64,000 bases of DNA from Porticoccaceae bacterium (GCA_048549915.1 JBLYYE010000010.1:68543-132542); one strand, 5' to 3'; shown: positions 19,988 through 29,900, numbered from the stretch's first letter. Numbers and translations are program-made. Notes: generated by a model not told the origin, from the letters alone.

Positions 19988-20683
19988 TTATTCACAGCGA
20001 TCCATAGCACGCCAGCCGACATCCGCTCCCGAGTGTTGGTAGCTGAACCCTTCGGGGTAAAACCAACAGCGGTGCACGGCCCCACCCTCAACTGGAACGC
20101 CCTGATCAAAACCACTATCGCCGGGATAAAGCGACACCAGACAAGACTCTGCGCGGACAATCTTGGGTTCAACCCGGTAGGGCTCTACACTGTCGAGCGC
20201 TGCCAGCAATTCAGCGCAGTTGGCGTAACGGCCAAACAATATCAGGCTTAGGTAGGTTGGCGGCATTATTTTGAATTCACCGCGGTGGTGTTGAGCGAGT
20301 GCTTGCTTGGCACTCGTCCAATGATATTCGTGAATCTCACCTTCATCGATCTTGACCTGCGCAGCGGTATCCACTTGGGCACAGTAGAAATGTGTCGCAA
20401 AGCGCCGACTCATTCCACTAGTCGGTGTCGTCCAGTGGGCATACTCAACGAGCGCCGATTCGGGCAAATGAATACCACACTCTTCCACACATTCGCGGAC
20501 TGCCGCTGCAACGGGCGTCTCATTTACTTCGACAGCGCCACCGGGAAAGACCCAAGCGCCGCCAGCAAAGGCCAGCTCTCGGTTGCGACGCAACATCAGC
20601 AGCTCTATACCGTCGCCGCTATCGCGCACCACCGCCACCGTAGCGGCGGGGCGAATTAAGAGCGGCTCTTGGCTGTCACTCAT
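19988..20683 (-). CDS. NUDIX hydrolase
   Basis: ORF 19988..20719, with the likely start at ATG 20683 (MSDSQEPLL). The Nudix box [24 protein letters not shown] is present. Confidence 0.75.
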   Translation of the reverse strand: MSDSQEPLLIRPAATVAVVRDSGDGIELLMLRRNRELAFAGGAWVFPGGAVEVNETPVAAAVRECVEECGIHLPESALVEYAHWTTPTSGMSRRFATHFYCAQVDTAAQVKIDEGEIHEYHWTSAKQALAQHHRGEFKIMPPTYLSLILFGRYANCAELLAALDSVEPYRVEPKIVRAESCLVSLYPGDSGFDQGVPVEGGAVHRCWFYPEGFSYQHSGADVGWRAMDRCE

Positions 20684-20715
20684 ACTGTTCTGGCGCCACG
20701 AATAGCGCCAGAGCC

Positions 20716-21975
20716 TCAACCGTAAACCGGTAACTTAGCGCAGACCGCCAGCACCTTTTGCTTTACTTCTGCAATCACCGTCTCGGAGTTGCCCGCTTCG
20801 AGGCTATCCAAAACATCGCAGATCCAATGAGTGAGCTCGACAGTTTCTTCGATACCAAAACCGCGAGTGGTGATGGCTGGGGTGCCGACGCGCAGGCCCG
20901 AGGTAACGAAAGGCGAGCGCGGGTCGTTGGGAACCGCATTTTTGTTAACCGTAATGAAGGCATGACCGAGCGCCTCATCGGCGTCTTTACCGGTGTATTC
21001 TTTGCCGATCAAGCTGACCAGCATCAAATGATTTTCAGTGCCCTTGGAGACGACATCGATACCGCGCTCCAAAAAGGTTGCCGCCATCGCTTTAGCATTG
21101 TCGATAACGCGCTGCTGGTAGGCTTTAAACTCGTCACTCGCCGCTTCTTTGAAGGCGATCGCTTTGCCGGCAATAACGTGGCAGAGCGGGCCGCCCTGGC
21201 CGCCGGGGAACACGGCGCTGTTAATTTTTTTAGCAACCGCTTCATCGTTGCACAAAATAATGCCACCGCGCGGACCGCGCAGTGTTTTGTGAGTTGTCGA
21301 GGTAATTGCGTCGGCATAGGGCACAGGGCTGGGGTAGACACCGGCGGCAACCAAGCCGGCAATGTGCGCCATATCCACCAGCAGGTAAGCACCCACTTTG
21401 TCGGCAATTTCACGGAATCGGGCAAAGTCGAGCACGCCCGAGTAGGCCGAGAAGCCGGCAATAATCATCTTTGGCTGGTGCTCAACGGCGAGCGCCTCAA
21501 CTTGATCGTAATCAATCAGGCCAGTCTCGGCATCGAGCCCATACTGCACCGCATTGTAGAGTTTGCCAGAGAAGCTCGGCTTTGCGCCGTGAGTCAAGTG
21601 ACCGCCATCGGCCAAGCTCATTCCCAGAATAGTGTCACCACCCTGCAGCAGCGCTAAAAACACTGCGCTATTGGCTTGCGAGCCTGAGTGAGGCTGAACG
21701 TTGGCGTAATTGCAGCCAAACAGCTCACATGCGCGCTCGATGGCCAACTGCTCAGTCTTGTCGACATACTCACAGCCGCCGTAGTAACGCTTACTCGGAT
21801 AGCCCTCGGCATATTTGTTGGTCAACTGGCTGCCTTGCGCTTGCATTACCGCAGGGCTGGCATAGTTTTCCGATGCGATCAGCTCAATATGCTGCTCTTG
21901 GCGCTGCTTTTCTTGCTGCATTGCCTCCCAGATGACGGGGTCAAGTTTATCTATAGTGAGTGCTTTATCGAACAT
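20716..21975 (-). CDS. glyA: Serine hydroxymethyltransferase
   Basis: 419 aa. It contains ELIASENY and [12 protein letters not shown] (the PLP lysine motif). Confidence 0.95.
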   Translation of the reverse strand: MFDKALTIDKLDPVIWEAMQQEKQRQEQHIELIASENYASPAVMQAQGSQLTNKYAEGYPSKRYYGGCEYVDKTEQLAIERACELFGCNYANVQPHSGSQANSAVFLALLQGGDTILGMSLADGGHLTHGAKPSFSGKLYNAVQYGLDAETGLIDYDQVEALAVEHQPKMIIAGFSAYSGVLDFARFREIADKVGAYLLVDMAHIAGLVAAGVYPSPVPYADAITSTTHKTLRGPRGGIILCNDEAVAKKINSAVFPGGQGGPLCHVIAGKAIAFKEAASDEFKAYQQRVIDNAKAMAATFLERGIDVVSKGTENHLMLVSLIGKEYTGKDADEALGHAFITVNKNAVPNDPRSPFVTSGLRVGTPAITTRGFGIEETVELTHWICDVLDSLEAGNSETVIAEVKQKVLAVCAKLPVYG

Positions 21976-22139
21976 GGCGTTGTCCTACTCTGAGTGATGG
22001 CTGGAAAAGAGCGCAGAGCTGTGGACACTGGGCCAAGCAACGCTGCATTAAAGGCGGGGATTTTACCTCAAAAAGCGCGGCAATTGCAGCCATTAATCAC
22101 ATCAGTATCGACTGCAGCGTCACCCATTTGCAGGGTTTT

Positions 22140-23597
22140 TCAATCCTTCTCAAATAGCGCCAATGCCTCTAGGTGTGCCGTTTGTGGAAACATATCCAGC
22201 GCCGCAGCTCGGCGCCAGCGGTAGCCGGCCGCCAGCAGCGTCTTGGCGTCGCGCAAAAGTGTCGCAGGGTGGCAACTAATATAGATAATCTGCCTGGCCC
22301 CTGTCTTGGCAATCCAATCCATTGCCGCTGCGGCACCTGTGCGCGGCGGGTCGATCACCACCAGATCAACGCGATCGCGGCGCGGCGCATCAAGTAGTCG
22401 CACAGGCAGCGGCTGAGAGAGATCAGCACAGGCAAACTCTATATTGTTGAGGCCATTTTTCATGGCATTGGCGACACCCGCGTCGACCAGCCCCTGCAGC
22501 CCTTCAACGGCGATAACACGGCTGTAGCGCGCAGCCAGTGGCAGTGCAAAATTGCCGCTGCCAGCGAATAGATCGACGGCCAATTCGCCGCCATTGGCAA
22601 GCGCTAACACCTGCTCAATCATGCCTCGATTAACGGCTTCATTGACCTGTAGAAACTGCCCGGGCAAGGCTGCCAACCGCACACTACCCGGCAGCTCGAA
22701 TGCGGCTTCCGGGAGATCTTGCAGCGGGCTGAAGTCGCGCTGATCGGCCTCTCGCCACCACAATTGAAGTTGCTCTGCCTGCATTCCCAGCGCTGCTGCT
22801 GCAACCGCTGCTGCGCGCAACAAGCGCTCGCAACCACTGTCATTGAGCCGCTGGCCTGGCGCCGCAGTCAGCGCCACTAGAAGAGTCGGGGTCGGGCCAC
22901 TCACCTCGGTTAATTCGACCTCGGATATCAACAGTGGCTGAGCAGCTAGCAGCTCAGGCAGATAACCGAGCAGTGTCGAGAGCAGCGGGGTCAACACAGC
23001 ACATGTAGCAATCGGCTCAATGCGGCGACTGGCGACATTGCGAAAACCCAATTCGTAACGCCCATCTCGGGTTTTCTGTACAGCCAAGCGCGCGCGCCGC
23101 CGGTAGCCGTCACTAGCTCCTTGCAGGGGTGGCAACCACGCTTCGACCTCTAACCCAGCGCGGCGGATATCGCGCGCCAAACTCTCTTGTTTGTAATCGA
23201 GTGCCGCAGCCGCATCGAGATGGCGCAGCGAACAGCCACCGCAGCGCGGGTAATAGCGGCAGCCGGGCTCTTTTCTTTGCGCTGAAACGGCAGCAATATC
23301 CACCACCACACCCTCATCGAAGTTGCGGTGGCTCGCTTCGCGGCGCCAGGTAACCTGCTCACCAGGCAGCGCACCGCGGACAAAACAGGCCTTGCCCTCA
23401 AGGCGGCCTATACCGCGACCATCGTGTGTCAGCCCATCAATCGTTAACGGCTGCTCGGGCTGGGCCAGCGGCTGATCGGGGGTAGCCTTCGCAGCGGGGC
23501 GTTCGCGACGGCTCCAACCGGCGCCGGGGTTGCGCGGCCGGCGGTGCGGATGGCCAGAGGTGCTGCGGGGGCTGCGCGGGGCGCGGCTCTTTTTCAT
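22140..23597 (-). CDS. rlmD: 23S rRNA (uracil1939-C5)-methyltransferase, with an Arg/Pro-rich N-terminal extension
   Basis: 485 aa. It has a TRAM region, Fe-S cysteines (CRYYPRCGGCSLRHL), the SAM motif DLFAGSGNFALPLA and the C-terminal LDMFPQTAHLEALALF. The ATG overlaps the batD-like stop (ATGA). Confidence 0.85.
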   Translation of the reverse strand: MKKSRAPRSPRSTSGHPHRRPRNPGAGWSRRERPAAKATPDQPLAQPEQPLTIDGLTHDGRGIGRLEGKACFVRGALPGEQVTWRREASHRNFDEGVVVDIAAVSAQRKEPGCRYYPRCGGCSLRHLDAAAALDYKQESLARDIRRAGLEVEAWLPPLQGASDGYRRRARLAVQKTRDGRYELGFRNVASRRIEPIATCAVLTPLLSTLLGYLPELLAAQPLLISEVELTEVSGPTPTLLVALTAAPGQRLNDSGCERLLRAAAVAAAALGMQAEQLQLWWREADQRDFSPLQDLPEAAFELPGSVRLAALPGQFLQVNEAVNRGMIEQVLALANGGELAVDLFAGSGNFALPLAARYSRVIAVEGLQGLVDAGVANAMKNGLNNIEFACADLSQPLPVRLLDAPRRDRVDLVVIDPPRTGAAAAMDWIAKTGARQIIYISCHPATLLRDAKTLLAAGYRWRRAAALDMFPQTAHLEALALFEKD

Positions 23598-24895
23598 AAT
23601 CTGCCGTTCCGGTTGGGGGCTGAGGTGTCGTTATTAAGCGGCGGCAAGGATACCTTGCTGCGCTCACCAAGTCGCCTTTGCTCTGCTTGCTGGCGCTTCA
23701 ACGGCTTGCGCCAATGCGCCCAAACCAGACCCTTGTCGATCGGCGCGGTCTGGACCACAGAGCGGTTGAGCGCCGCCACCAACTCCGCCAACTCAGGGTT
23801 AGCCGCACTCGCCCACTGGGTTGGGGTAGCGACAATCTGTCGCTCAGCCAAGTAGGCGGTGAGGGCACGGTAGGCGACGGCACTTTCGCCGCCCAGCACC
23901 AGCGCTCGGCGCAACTGGCTATCGATGCGGCTGTTTCGACGGCGCCAAGCAAAGGCTGCGAAGAGCACTAGCACAGCTGAAACAACGAACAGCAACCAGA
24001 AGTTGATCGTTTGCTTATCAGCCATAGTCGGCGGCGCACCCTTCGCACCTACGGTGAAAGTTTTTCCCGGGGCAACAACCTGCAACCAGCGCTGCTGTTG
24101 CGGCTGCCAGTAATCTACCGACAGCTCGGGCAGCGGGTAACTGCCGGACTCGGTCAACAGGTAATCTAACTGCCAGACTATTCGGCTGAGCAGGTCGCCA
24201 CCGCGCCACTCGTCAATCCGCTCGAGCTCACTGGTAAAAAGCGTCACCGCCGGATCCTGCACCCGCTTTTGTGCCTGCTCGGCAAGGTTTGGCAACAACC
24301 CGTTACTCACCTGCTCGGCGCTCAATTCTAGACGCTGGCGCACCACAGTACCGGCCTGCAGAGATTCAGACGGCAAGCGGTTCCAGCGACTTTGCAGTTG
24401 TAATTTAGCCGCAGCTGGAGGCAGAACTGAATTTTTCTGGGGTGAGTTTTTGGCGGGCAGCGGCAGCACATCGAATGTCATCGGTGCGCTGCTCACTGCG
24501 CGCTCAACCACTCTGATACCGTCTTTGCTCTCGCCACCCACACGCAATGAAAATTGCTGGGAGGGAAAGCGCCACTCACCCGCGCGCTGCGGAAAAAAAG
24601 TCCGCTGCCAAACCTGGGTCGCCCAGTTGCGGCCCTCGATACGACGCGAACCGTTGGTCGCCGAGCTCGGCTGACGAACAACCAATGCATCGTCGAGAGT
24701 AAACAGTGGCTGTTCAGTAGCGCCGGCGAACCAGCCATCAACCTGCAACTCAATCTCTAGAGTCACCTGTTGGCCGATATAAATGGACGAACTATTCACT
24801 AAGCGCACTTGGCTGCGCACCTCGACCGCTTGCACAGACACCGCCGCCAACATCGAACAGAGAATAGCAGCCCACTGTATAAGGCGCTTACTCAC
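23594..24895 (-). CDS. BatD-like protein (last gene of the Bat/MoxR-VWA operon)
   Basis: ORF 23594..25018. I prefer the GTG at 24895 (VSKRLIQWAAILCSMLAAVSVQA, a signal peptide), which overlaps the upstream stop by 8 nt. A late TM helix (FWLLFVVSAVLVLFAAFAW) fits BatD architecture. Confidence 0.55.
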   Translation of the reverse strand: MSKRLIQWAAILCSMLAAVSVQAVEVRSQVRLVNSSSIYIGQQVTLEIELQVDGWFAGATEQPLFTLDDALVVRQPSSATNGSRRIEGRNWATQVWQRTFFPQRAGEWRFPSQQFSLRVGGESKDGIRVVERAVSSAPMTFDVLPLPAKNSPQKNSVLPPAAAKLQLQSRWNRLPSESLQAGTVVRQRLELSAEQVSNGLLPNLAEQAQKRVQDPAVTLFTSELERIDEWRGGDLLSRIVWQLDYLLTESGSYPLPELSVDYWQPQQQRWLQVVAPGKTFTVGAKGAPPTMADKQTINFWLLFVVSAVLVLFAAFAWRRRNSRIDSQLRRALVLGGESAVAYRALTAYLAERQIVATPTQWASAANPELAELVAALNRSVVQTAPIDKGLVWAHWRKPLKRQQAEQRRLGERSKVSLPPLNNDTSAPNRNGRL

Positions 24896-26450
24896 CCGAA
24901 CGCTCCTCTTCGCGCTGCTGTTGACGTCTAAACTTGCGCTGCAAGAACTCTGCCGGACCGCGGCTAACCTGCTGCAACCAAGCCTCGCGCAAGGCTGTTT
25001 CAGCGAGCTGCTCTGCACTCATCTGCTGCGTATTTTGCCACTGCGCCAACTCACCACTGCTGTTGGCATCTAACTCGCGCTCATCTATCTGCAACTCGAT
25101 CGAGTCGCTCTGCCACTGCTCGACCTGTTGGCGCTCGCTCTGCTCAGCCATCGCCTCCAGCAGCGCAATCAACTCTGCGCGCAACAGCTGCGCCACCGAC
25201 CACTCTGGCTCAAACTGCAGAGCGCGATTAACCGCGTTGAGGGCGAGGTCATACCTGCGCTCAGCCGCAGCAGAGAGTGCGGCATTGAACCAGCCTTCAC
25301 GGCTATTGAGGGCGACAAACTGCTGCCGTGCCATGGTGAATTGGCCATCGGCATAGTAGGCTGCACCGCTCCAATGCAGATCGATAAAGTGGCTGGCGGC
25401 GCGCGCGTAGTCACCGCGCTGGTAGTGCCAGCGGCCGAGCTGATCGGGGGTTAACAGCAGAGCTAGCGCACTGTCGCGCCACAGCGGCTGGCGCATCTCT
25501 GTAGCGTGCGCGGGCTGCGGCGAGCCGCCTTGTAACAGTGTGGCCAGTAATAGCGCGATCGGCAGTTGATGGCGATTCGCAGCGCGGCGCAGAGCCACAA
25601 CTAGGAGCCGCAAAACTGCCAAGAAGAGCACTGCCATAATTATGTAGGGACTCATATCCCTGTAGTCACGGTGCTCCAAGGGTTGCTTTTGCCACTGCTC
25701 AGCCATCAGCGCAGAGTGCCATTGGGCAACAGATTTATTAACGTTTGAAGAAGAGTAAACACTTACTCCAGAAGGTGTGTCGAGCAGTGGCTGGGCATTC
25801 AACCAGAGCAGGTGAACGCGGCTGCCAGAGGCTGACCAGCGCTCTAAAAGGGCTCTATCGCTGCCGGTGAGCACACCCGTAAACACCGCAATAGTGTCCG
25901 GTGGTTTCACCCAGTGGCGCTCCAGCTCGGCCAAATTGCGACCACCCGATGGCATCAATGCTGGGTTTAATTGCTGCAAATAGAGTGCACTAACCGCACT
26001 GTCGCGATTCATCGGCAGCGCCCGATGGGCGCTGCCGGCAACGACCCAAAGCTCGCTGCTGACCAAGCCGGCATGGCGCCACAACCCTTTGAGCAAATAG
26101 CCTGTGCGCTCCAATCGGCTTGGCGCTACGTCATCCACTAGTGCCGCTGAGGAAAGATCTATCACTACAGTCAGCTCGGTTGCCGCCAACGACTGGTCTT
26201 CTCTGTCGAGACGCCAGGCCGGTCCGGCCAGAGCAGTAATCAGCAGTACGACTAGCAACCAACGATTGAGGCTCTCAGGTCGCGATCGCCAATCAGTCGC
26301 TCGGCGCCCGCGCAGTGCTGTCGCCAAATGTGCCGGCAACTGTAGTGCAAGGCTATCAGTAGCACCCCAGCGACTGGCCAATAGCACTGCTAACGGCAAA
26401 AGTAACCAGAGTGGACGCAGCCAGTGCCAACTGTTTAGCCATTCAAACAC
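24888..26450 (-). CDS. BatB-like membrane protein: VWA-like domain + TPR repeats
   Basis: 520 aa. It has N-terminal TM helices (MFEWLNSWHWLRPLWLLLPL), a VWA-like region (VVIDLSSA...) and C-terminal TPR-like repeats (YQRGDYARAASHF..., ERRYDLALNAVNRALQFEP). Confidence 0.65.
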   Translation of the reverse strand: MFEWLNSWHWLRPLWLLLPLAVLLASRWGATDSLALQLPAHLATALRGRRATDWRSRPESLNRWLLVVLLITALAGPAWRLDREDQSLAATELTVVIDLSSAALVDDVAPSRLERTGYLLKGLWRHAGLVSSELWVVAGSAHRALPMNRDSAVSALYLQQLNPALMPSGGRNLAELERHWVKPPDTIAVFTGVLTGSDRALLERWSASGSRVHLLWLNAQPLLDTPSGVSVYSSSNVNKSVAQWHSALMAEQWQKQPLEHRDYRDMSPYIIMAVLFLAVLRLLVVALRRAANRHQLPIALLLATLLQGGSPQPAHATEMRQPLWRDSALALLLTPDQLGRWHYQRGDYARAASHFIDLHWSGAAYYADGQFTMARQQFVALNSREGWFNAALSAAAERRYDLALNAVNRALQFEPEWSVAQLLRAELIALLEAMAEQSERQQVEQWQSDSIELQIDERELDANSSGELAQWQNTQQMSAEQLAETALREAWLQQVSRGPAEFLQRKFRRQQQREEERSGE

Positions 26451-27447
26451 GCCGGCGGCCTCTCGCTAACCATCTGCGGCCATCGCAATGCCACCACAGC
26501 AATAGTGCGGAAACAGCCAATAGATAAGGATAGAGCGATCGCCGCTGGGGCTCCCAATACTGCTGCAACTGCACGGGAGCGAGCGTATTAAGCCGCTCAT
26601 AAACCGCTTTTAACTCATCACTATTGGCGGCCTGAAGTAACTCACCCCCACTGGTTTGAGCCACTCTCTCCAACAACTCCAGAGCCAGCGGATAGTCGCC
26701 TGAAGCAGCGGGGTCACCTAGCGCCACCGGGTATATCTCTATACCGCTACTCGCCGCAACTTTGGCGGCCTCTAGCGGCGGCACCAGACTGCCAGAATCT
26801 ACTCCATCGGTGAGCAACAACAGACGTTTGGCGTGACTCGGATTGGCAATTGCCGTCTTGGCATAGCGCTCGCCACCCACTGCAGCCCCCTCAAAAAGTG
26901 CAATAGCCAAGCCAATAGCATCGCCAATCATAGTCTTATCGCCGGCCAAACCGATCTCGCTCTCGTCGAGCAACTCGAGAAATAGCTCGCGGTCGGCAGT
27001 AAAGGGCATCTGCACATAGGCTTGGCCGCCAAATACCACTAGCGCCAAGCGCTCATCGCGCTCAGCCAACAACCACGGCCTCAGCAACGCCTTCACTGCA
27101 TCCAGACGCGCCAGCGATTGCTGTTGGAGGGAAAAATCTTCTGTCGCCATCGATGCAGAGAGGTCGATAGCCACCAAGAGCTCACTGCGCTGCTCGCTTA
27201 CCAGGCGCTCACTGCCAATCCACTGCGGCTGCAGCAATGCTAAAGCCATTAACAGCAGCGCACAGCGCAGAGCTAGCGTCGGCACCTTATTCGCGGGGCT
27301 AGCGGATAGGGCTCTGTACTGTTCAGCCAATCCAGCAGCGCGGTAGCGCGTCTGCGGCCAAGCCATTCCGTTGGGCATCGGCAAAAAAACGGCTATAGCG
27401 ATTATACCCGCCACCCATGGCCACCACTCTAAAGCTGCCCAGCTCAC
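26443..27447 (-). CDS. BatA-like VWA-domain membrane protein
   Basis: ORF 26443..27519. I prefer the GTG at 27447 (VSWAALEWWPWVAGIIAIAVF), which forms a GTGA overlap with the upstream stop. The MIDAS motif is intact (AIDLSASM) and there is a C-terminal TM helix. Confidence 0.7.
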   Translation of the reverse strand: MSWAALEWWPWVAGIIAIAVFLPMPNGMAWPQTRYRAAGLAEQYRALSASPANKVPTLALRCALLLMALALLQPQWIGSERLVSEQRSELLVAIDLSASMATEDFSLQQQSLARLDAVKALLRPWLLAERDERLALVVFGGQAYVQMPFTADRELFLELLDESEIGLAGDKTMIGDAIGLAIALFEGAAVGGERYAKTAIANPSHAKRLLLLTDGVDSGSLVPPLEAAKVAASSGIEIYPVALGDPAASGDYPLALELLERVAQTSGGELLQAANSDELKAVYERLNTLAPVQLQQYWEPQRRSLYPYLLAVSALLLWWHCDGRRWLARGRRRV

Positions 27448-27968
27448 TCGGTCTGACTCTGTGCTGCGAGGGTATGGCGGGCAATCCATCGCTCTGACAA
27501 CGCCAGCCAGCTGTGCCACTCTGCACGGCTAGGCTGCTCACTTTGTAGCTGCCAGAGTTGTCGCTGCCACTGCTCACCGACCGCACTAAACGAGCAGCCT
27601 GCTACTGTGGGCATAGTACTGTCCAGCCAAGACCACCACGTTGTGCCGGCTAACACGGCCACCTGTTCGCGCTCGCCCCCAGCAGCCAATGCCGTGCGCT
27701 TGAGCAATTGATTGAGCTTGGCAGCCGCTCTGCTGCAGCTCAGATCACCGGCTGCTACCTGCACTGCTAGCTGGCGCACACTCGCGCGCGCCACACGTCG
27801 ATAGCGGTTGCGCTGAAAGCGCTGCAGCCGTGCTATCAACACCCATAGAACCATCAGGCCAAGCAAAACTGATAAGGCTGTAGCTGCGGGGGTCGCTGGC
27901 AGATAGCTGACTGGATCTGCCGGTAGCAGCGCCGGCAGATCGATAACACTCTGTTTTTTGCTACTCAC
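27444..27968 (-). CDS. DUF4381-like small membrane protein
   Basis: ORF 27444..28064. I prefer the GTG at 27968, which forms a GTGA overlap with the DUF58 stop. A single TM helix (ALSVLLGLMVLWVLIA) is followed by RFQRNRYRRVA, the pattern typical of this operon slot. Confidence 0.5.
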   Translation of the reverse strand: MSSKKQSVIDLPALLPADPVSYLPATPAATALSVLLGLMVLWVLIARLQRFQRNRYRRVARASVRQLAVQVAAGDLSCSRAAAKLNQLLKRTALAAGGEREQVAVLAGTTWWSWLDSTMPTVAGCSFSAVGEQWQRQLWQLQSEQPSRAEWHSWLALSERWIARHTLAAQSQTE

Positions 27969-28894
27969 TGCGCCACACCACTGCACAATATCGCCGGCAA
28001 CTGCTCGCCAATTGCGACAAGCCCGGCACCGACGGCGGCGCAACGCTGCTGCCAAGATTGCCACAGCGCGCTATTGGCCGCATGTTGGTTGGCTGCCGCA
28101 GTGCGACTGAGCGCCACTGACTGAACACGACCCGCGACATCGAGCAGCTCACCATACAGGCCGGCCGGCGGCTGCCATTCGAGCGGGTCGACCACCACCG
28201 CGAGCAGCAGCTGGTTGCGCTGAGCCAGATAGCCGAGCAGCGCTACTGGAAGTTCGCGCAATAGCGACCAATCGGCGACCACTAACAGCTCTTTTCCGCG
28301 CAGTTGCCGCGCAGCCAGCTGCTCTAACTCGGCGACGACTGACCAAGCCGGTAGAGCAGCCGAGAGAGCGGGCTCACAGAGTGCTGTATTGGAATCGGCC
28401 AGGGCCGAGAGCATTGGCAGTGCACCGGCGCGAAAACGGACTGGAGCAAAGCGCACGGGTTCAATATCACCTAAAAGAGTCATCGCGACAGGTTGACGAG
28501 CGGCCAATGCAGCGAAAAGTTGCTGCGCTGCGTACTCGGCTGCGATCACTGATTTGAGTTTATCCACACTGCCAAAAAACAGTGACTCACTCTGATCGAC
28601 CAACAACAGCAGTGGCTGCTCACTCTCCTGGTGGAAGACCCGCGCATGCGCTCGACCGGTGCGCCGAGTGACACGCCAGTCGATTGTGCGCACATCATCA
28701 CCTGGCAGATATTCGCGCAACTGATCAAAACTGAGACCGGGACCGCGCCGTCGGCTCGGCTGTTCGCCGGGGCGGCGCTGCAAACTGGCAACAGCTGGCT
28801 GTTTGCGCAGCGCTGCGGGGAGTGCCAACAGCTGCTCGAGTGTTACTGCGATGCGCGGATCGGCGCTCTGCTGTCGCCCGGGAAAAATATTCAT
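27965..28894 (-). CDS. DUF58 domain protein (MoxR partner)
   Basis: ORF 27965..29308. The real start is the ATG at 28894 (MNIFPGRQQ...). The DUF58 signature LREYLPGDDVRTIDWRVTRRTGR is present. The longer ORF overlaps moxR. Confidence 0.75.
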   Translation of the reverse strand: MNIFPGRQQSADPRIAVTLEQLLALPAALRKQPAVASLQRRPGEQPSRRRGPGLSFDQLREYLPGDDVRTIDWRVTRRTGRAHARVFHQESEQPLLLLVDQSESLFFGSVDKLKSVIAAEYAAQQLFAALAARQPVAMTLLGDIEPVRFAPVRFRAGALPMLSALADSNTALCEPALSAALPAWSVVAELEQLAARQLRGKELLVVADWSLLRELPVALLGYLAQRNQLLLAVVVDPLEWQPPAGLYGELLDVAGRVQSVALSRTAAANQHAANSALWQSWQQRCAAVGAGLVAIGEQLPAILCSGVAQ

Positions 28895-28898
28895 CGGG

Positions 28899-29900
28899 TT
28901 ACCCGATAGCCACCTGCGCCAGTAGCGCCGCCACCAACGTATCGGCGTCGAGCCCCTCGGCTTGGGCGCTGTAGCTGAGCAATAAGCGGTGGCGGAGCAC
29001 TGAGGGTGCGACGGCGCGCACATCGTCTGGCTCGACCGCGTTGCGCCCAGCCAACCAGGCGTGAGCGCGGCTAGCTCGATGTAGTGCAATGGTGGCGCGC
29101 GGGCTGACACCTGCCAGTAACGCCCCGGCGAGTGGTGGCTGGCTCTGCTCGGTGTGGCGCGTCGCCATAGTGATATCAACAATGTACTCTTCGATGACAG
29201 GCGCCACCGCAACTTCGAGGACCGAACGCTGCGCCGCCTTGATAATATTGAGATCGACCAGCGCTTGCGGCTGCCACGCTTGCCGCTGTTCGCGCGCGAC
29301 CACACCAAGCATCGCCAATTCGCTGGCGCGGCTCGGATAGCCGAGCCTGATTTTCAACAAAAAGCGGTCTAACTGAGCCTCTGGCAGCGGGTACGTACCC
29401 TCCTGCTCAAGCGGGTTTTGGGTGGCAATCACCATAAACGGGTCAGGCAGCGGATGGCTGGTTCCGGCCGTAGTCACTTGGCGCTCTTCCATCGCTTCGA
29501 GCAGTGCAGACTGCACTTTGGCCGGCGCTCGGTTAATCTCATCGGCGAGCACCAGCTGCTTAAAAATCGGCCCCGGTTCAAACACTAGGCGCTGCTCTTC
29601 GCGCTGCGGGTGGTAGACCTCGGTGCCGGTAATATCTGCCGGCAACAGGTCAGGAGTAAATTGAATGCGCCCCATAGAGGCATCGAGCATAGCCGCCAAA
29701 CGGCGCACAGTGCGCGTTTTCGCCGTGCCAGGATAGCCCTCGAGGAGCACGTGCCCCTGACAGAGCAAGCCTATCAACAGCTCGCGGACCACCTCGGTTT
29801 GCCCCAGCACCTGCTCGCTCAGCTGGCTCTCCAACCGATGCAGTTGACGCTGTAGATCAGAGCTACTTTGGCTCTGTTGCGAATCGCTCATACCACTCAC
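28899..29900 (-). CDS. MoxR-family AAA+ ATPase
   Basis: 333 aa. It has Walker A (GYPGTAKT) and Walker B (LLADEINRA), with a typical MoxR length and C-terminal lid. Confidence 0.9.
   Translation of the reverse strand: MSGMSDSQQSQSSSDLQRQLHRLESQLSEQVLGQTEVVRELLIGLLCQGHVLLEGYPGTAKTRTVRRLAAMLDASMGRIQFTPDLLPADITGTEVYHPQREEQRLVFEPGPIFKQLVLADEINRAPAKVQSALLEAMEERQVTTAGTSHPLPDPFMVIATQNPLEQEGTYPLPEAQLDRFLLKIRLGYPSRASELAMLGVVAREQRQAWQPQALVDLNIIKAAQRSVLEVAVAPVIEEYIVDITMATRHTEQSQPPLAGALLAGVSPRATIALHRASRAHAWLAGRNAVEPDDVRAVAPSVLRHRLLLSYSAQAEGLDADTLVAALLAQVAIG

Noticed and set aside
20758-21657. A 299-aa ORF antisense to glyA. Similar long antisense ORFs include 2920..3531, 16857..17450, 30249..30818, 31257..31673, 56112..56801, 56669..57208 and 60445..60909.
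   Set aside because: All lie fully inside strongly recognisable genes on the opposite strand. Their translations are low-complexity and Arg/Ala/Gly-rich, as expected for shadow ORFs in GC-rich DNA. None has a recognisable motif.
21976-22139. The 164-nt glyA leader as a possible riboswitch (ZTP, THF or glycine), and the metY leader (524..640) as a possible SAM riboswitch.
   Set aside because: I could not find the conserved cores of those RNA families by eye on the relevant strand. Only weak short hairpins are present. A covariance-model scan would be needed to be sure.
28895-29308. Long 5' extensions of ORFs 27965..29308 (DUF58), 12713..13588 (hisF), 14152..14979 (pgpA), 26443..27519, 27444..28064 and 23594..25018.
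   Set aside because: Each extension overlaps the well-supported upstream gene in another frame. Internal ATG or GTG starts give canonical N-termini and the usual 4-8 nt operon overlaps.
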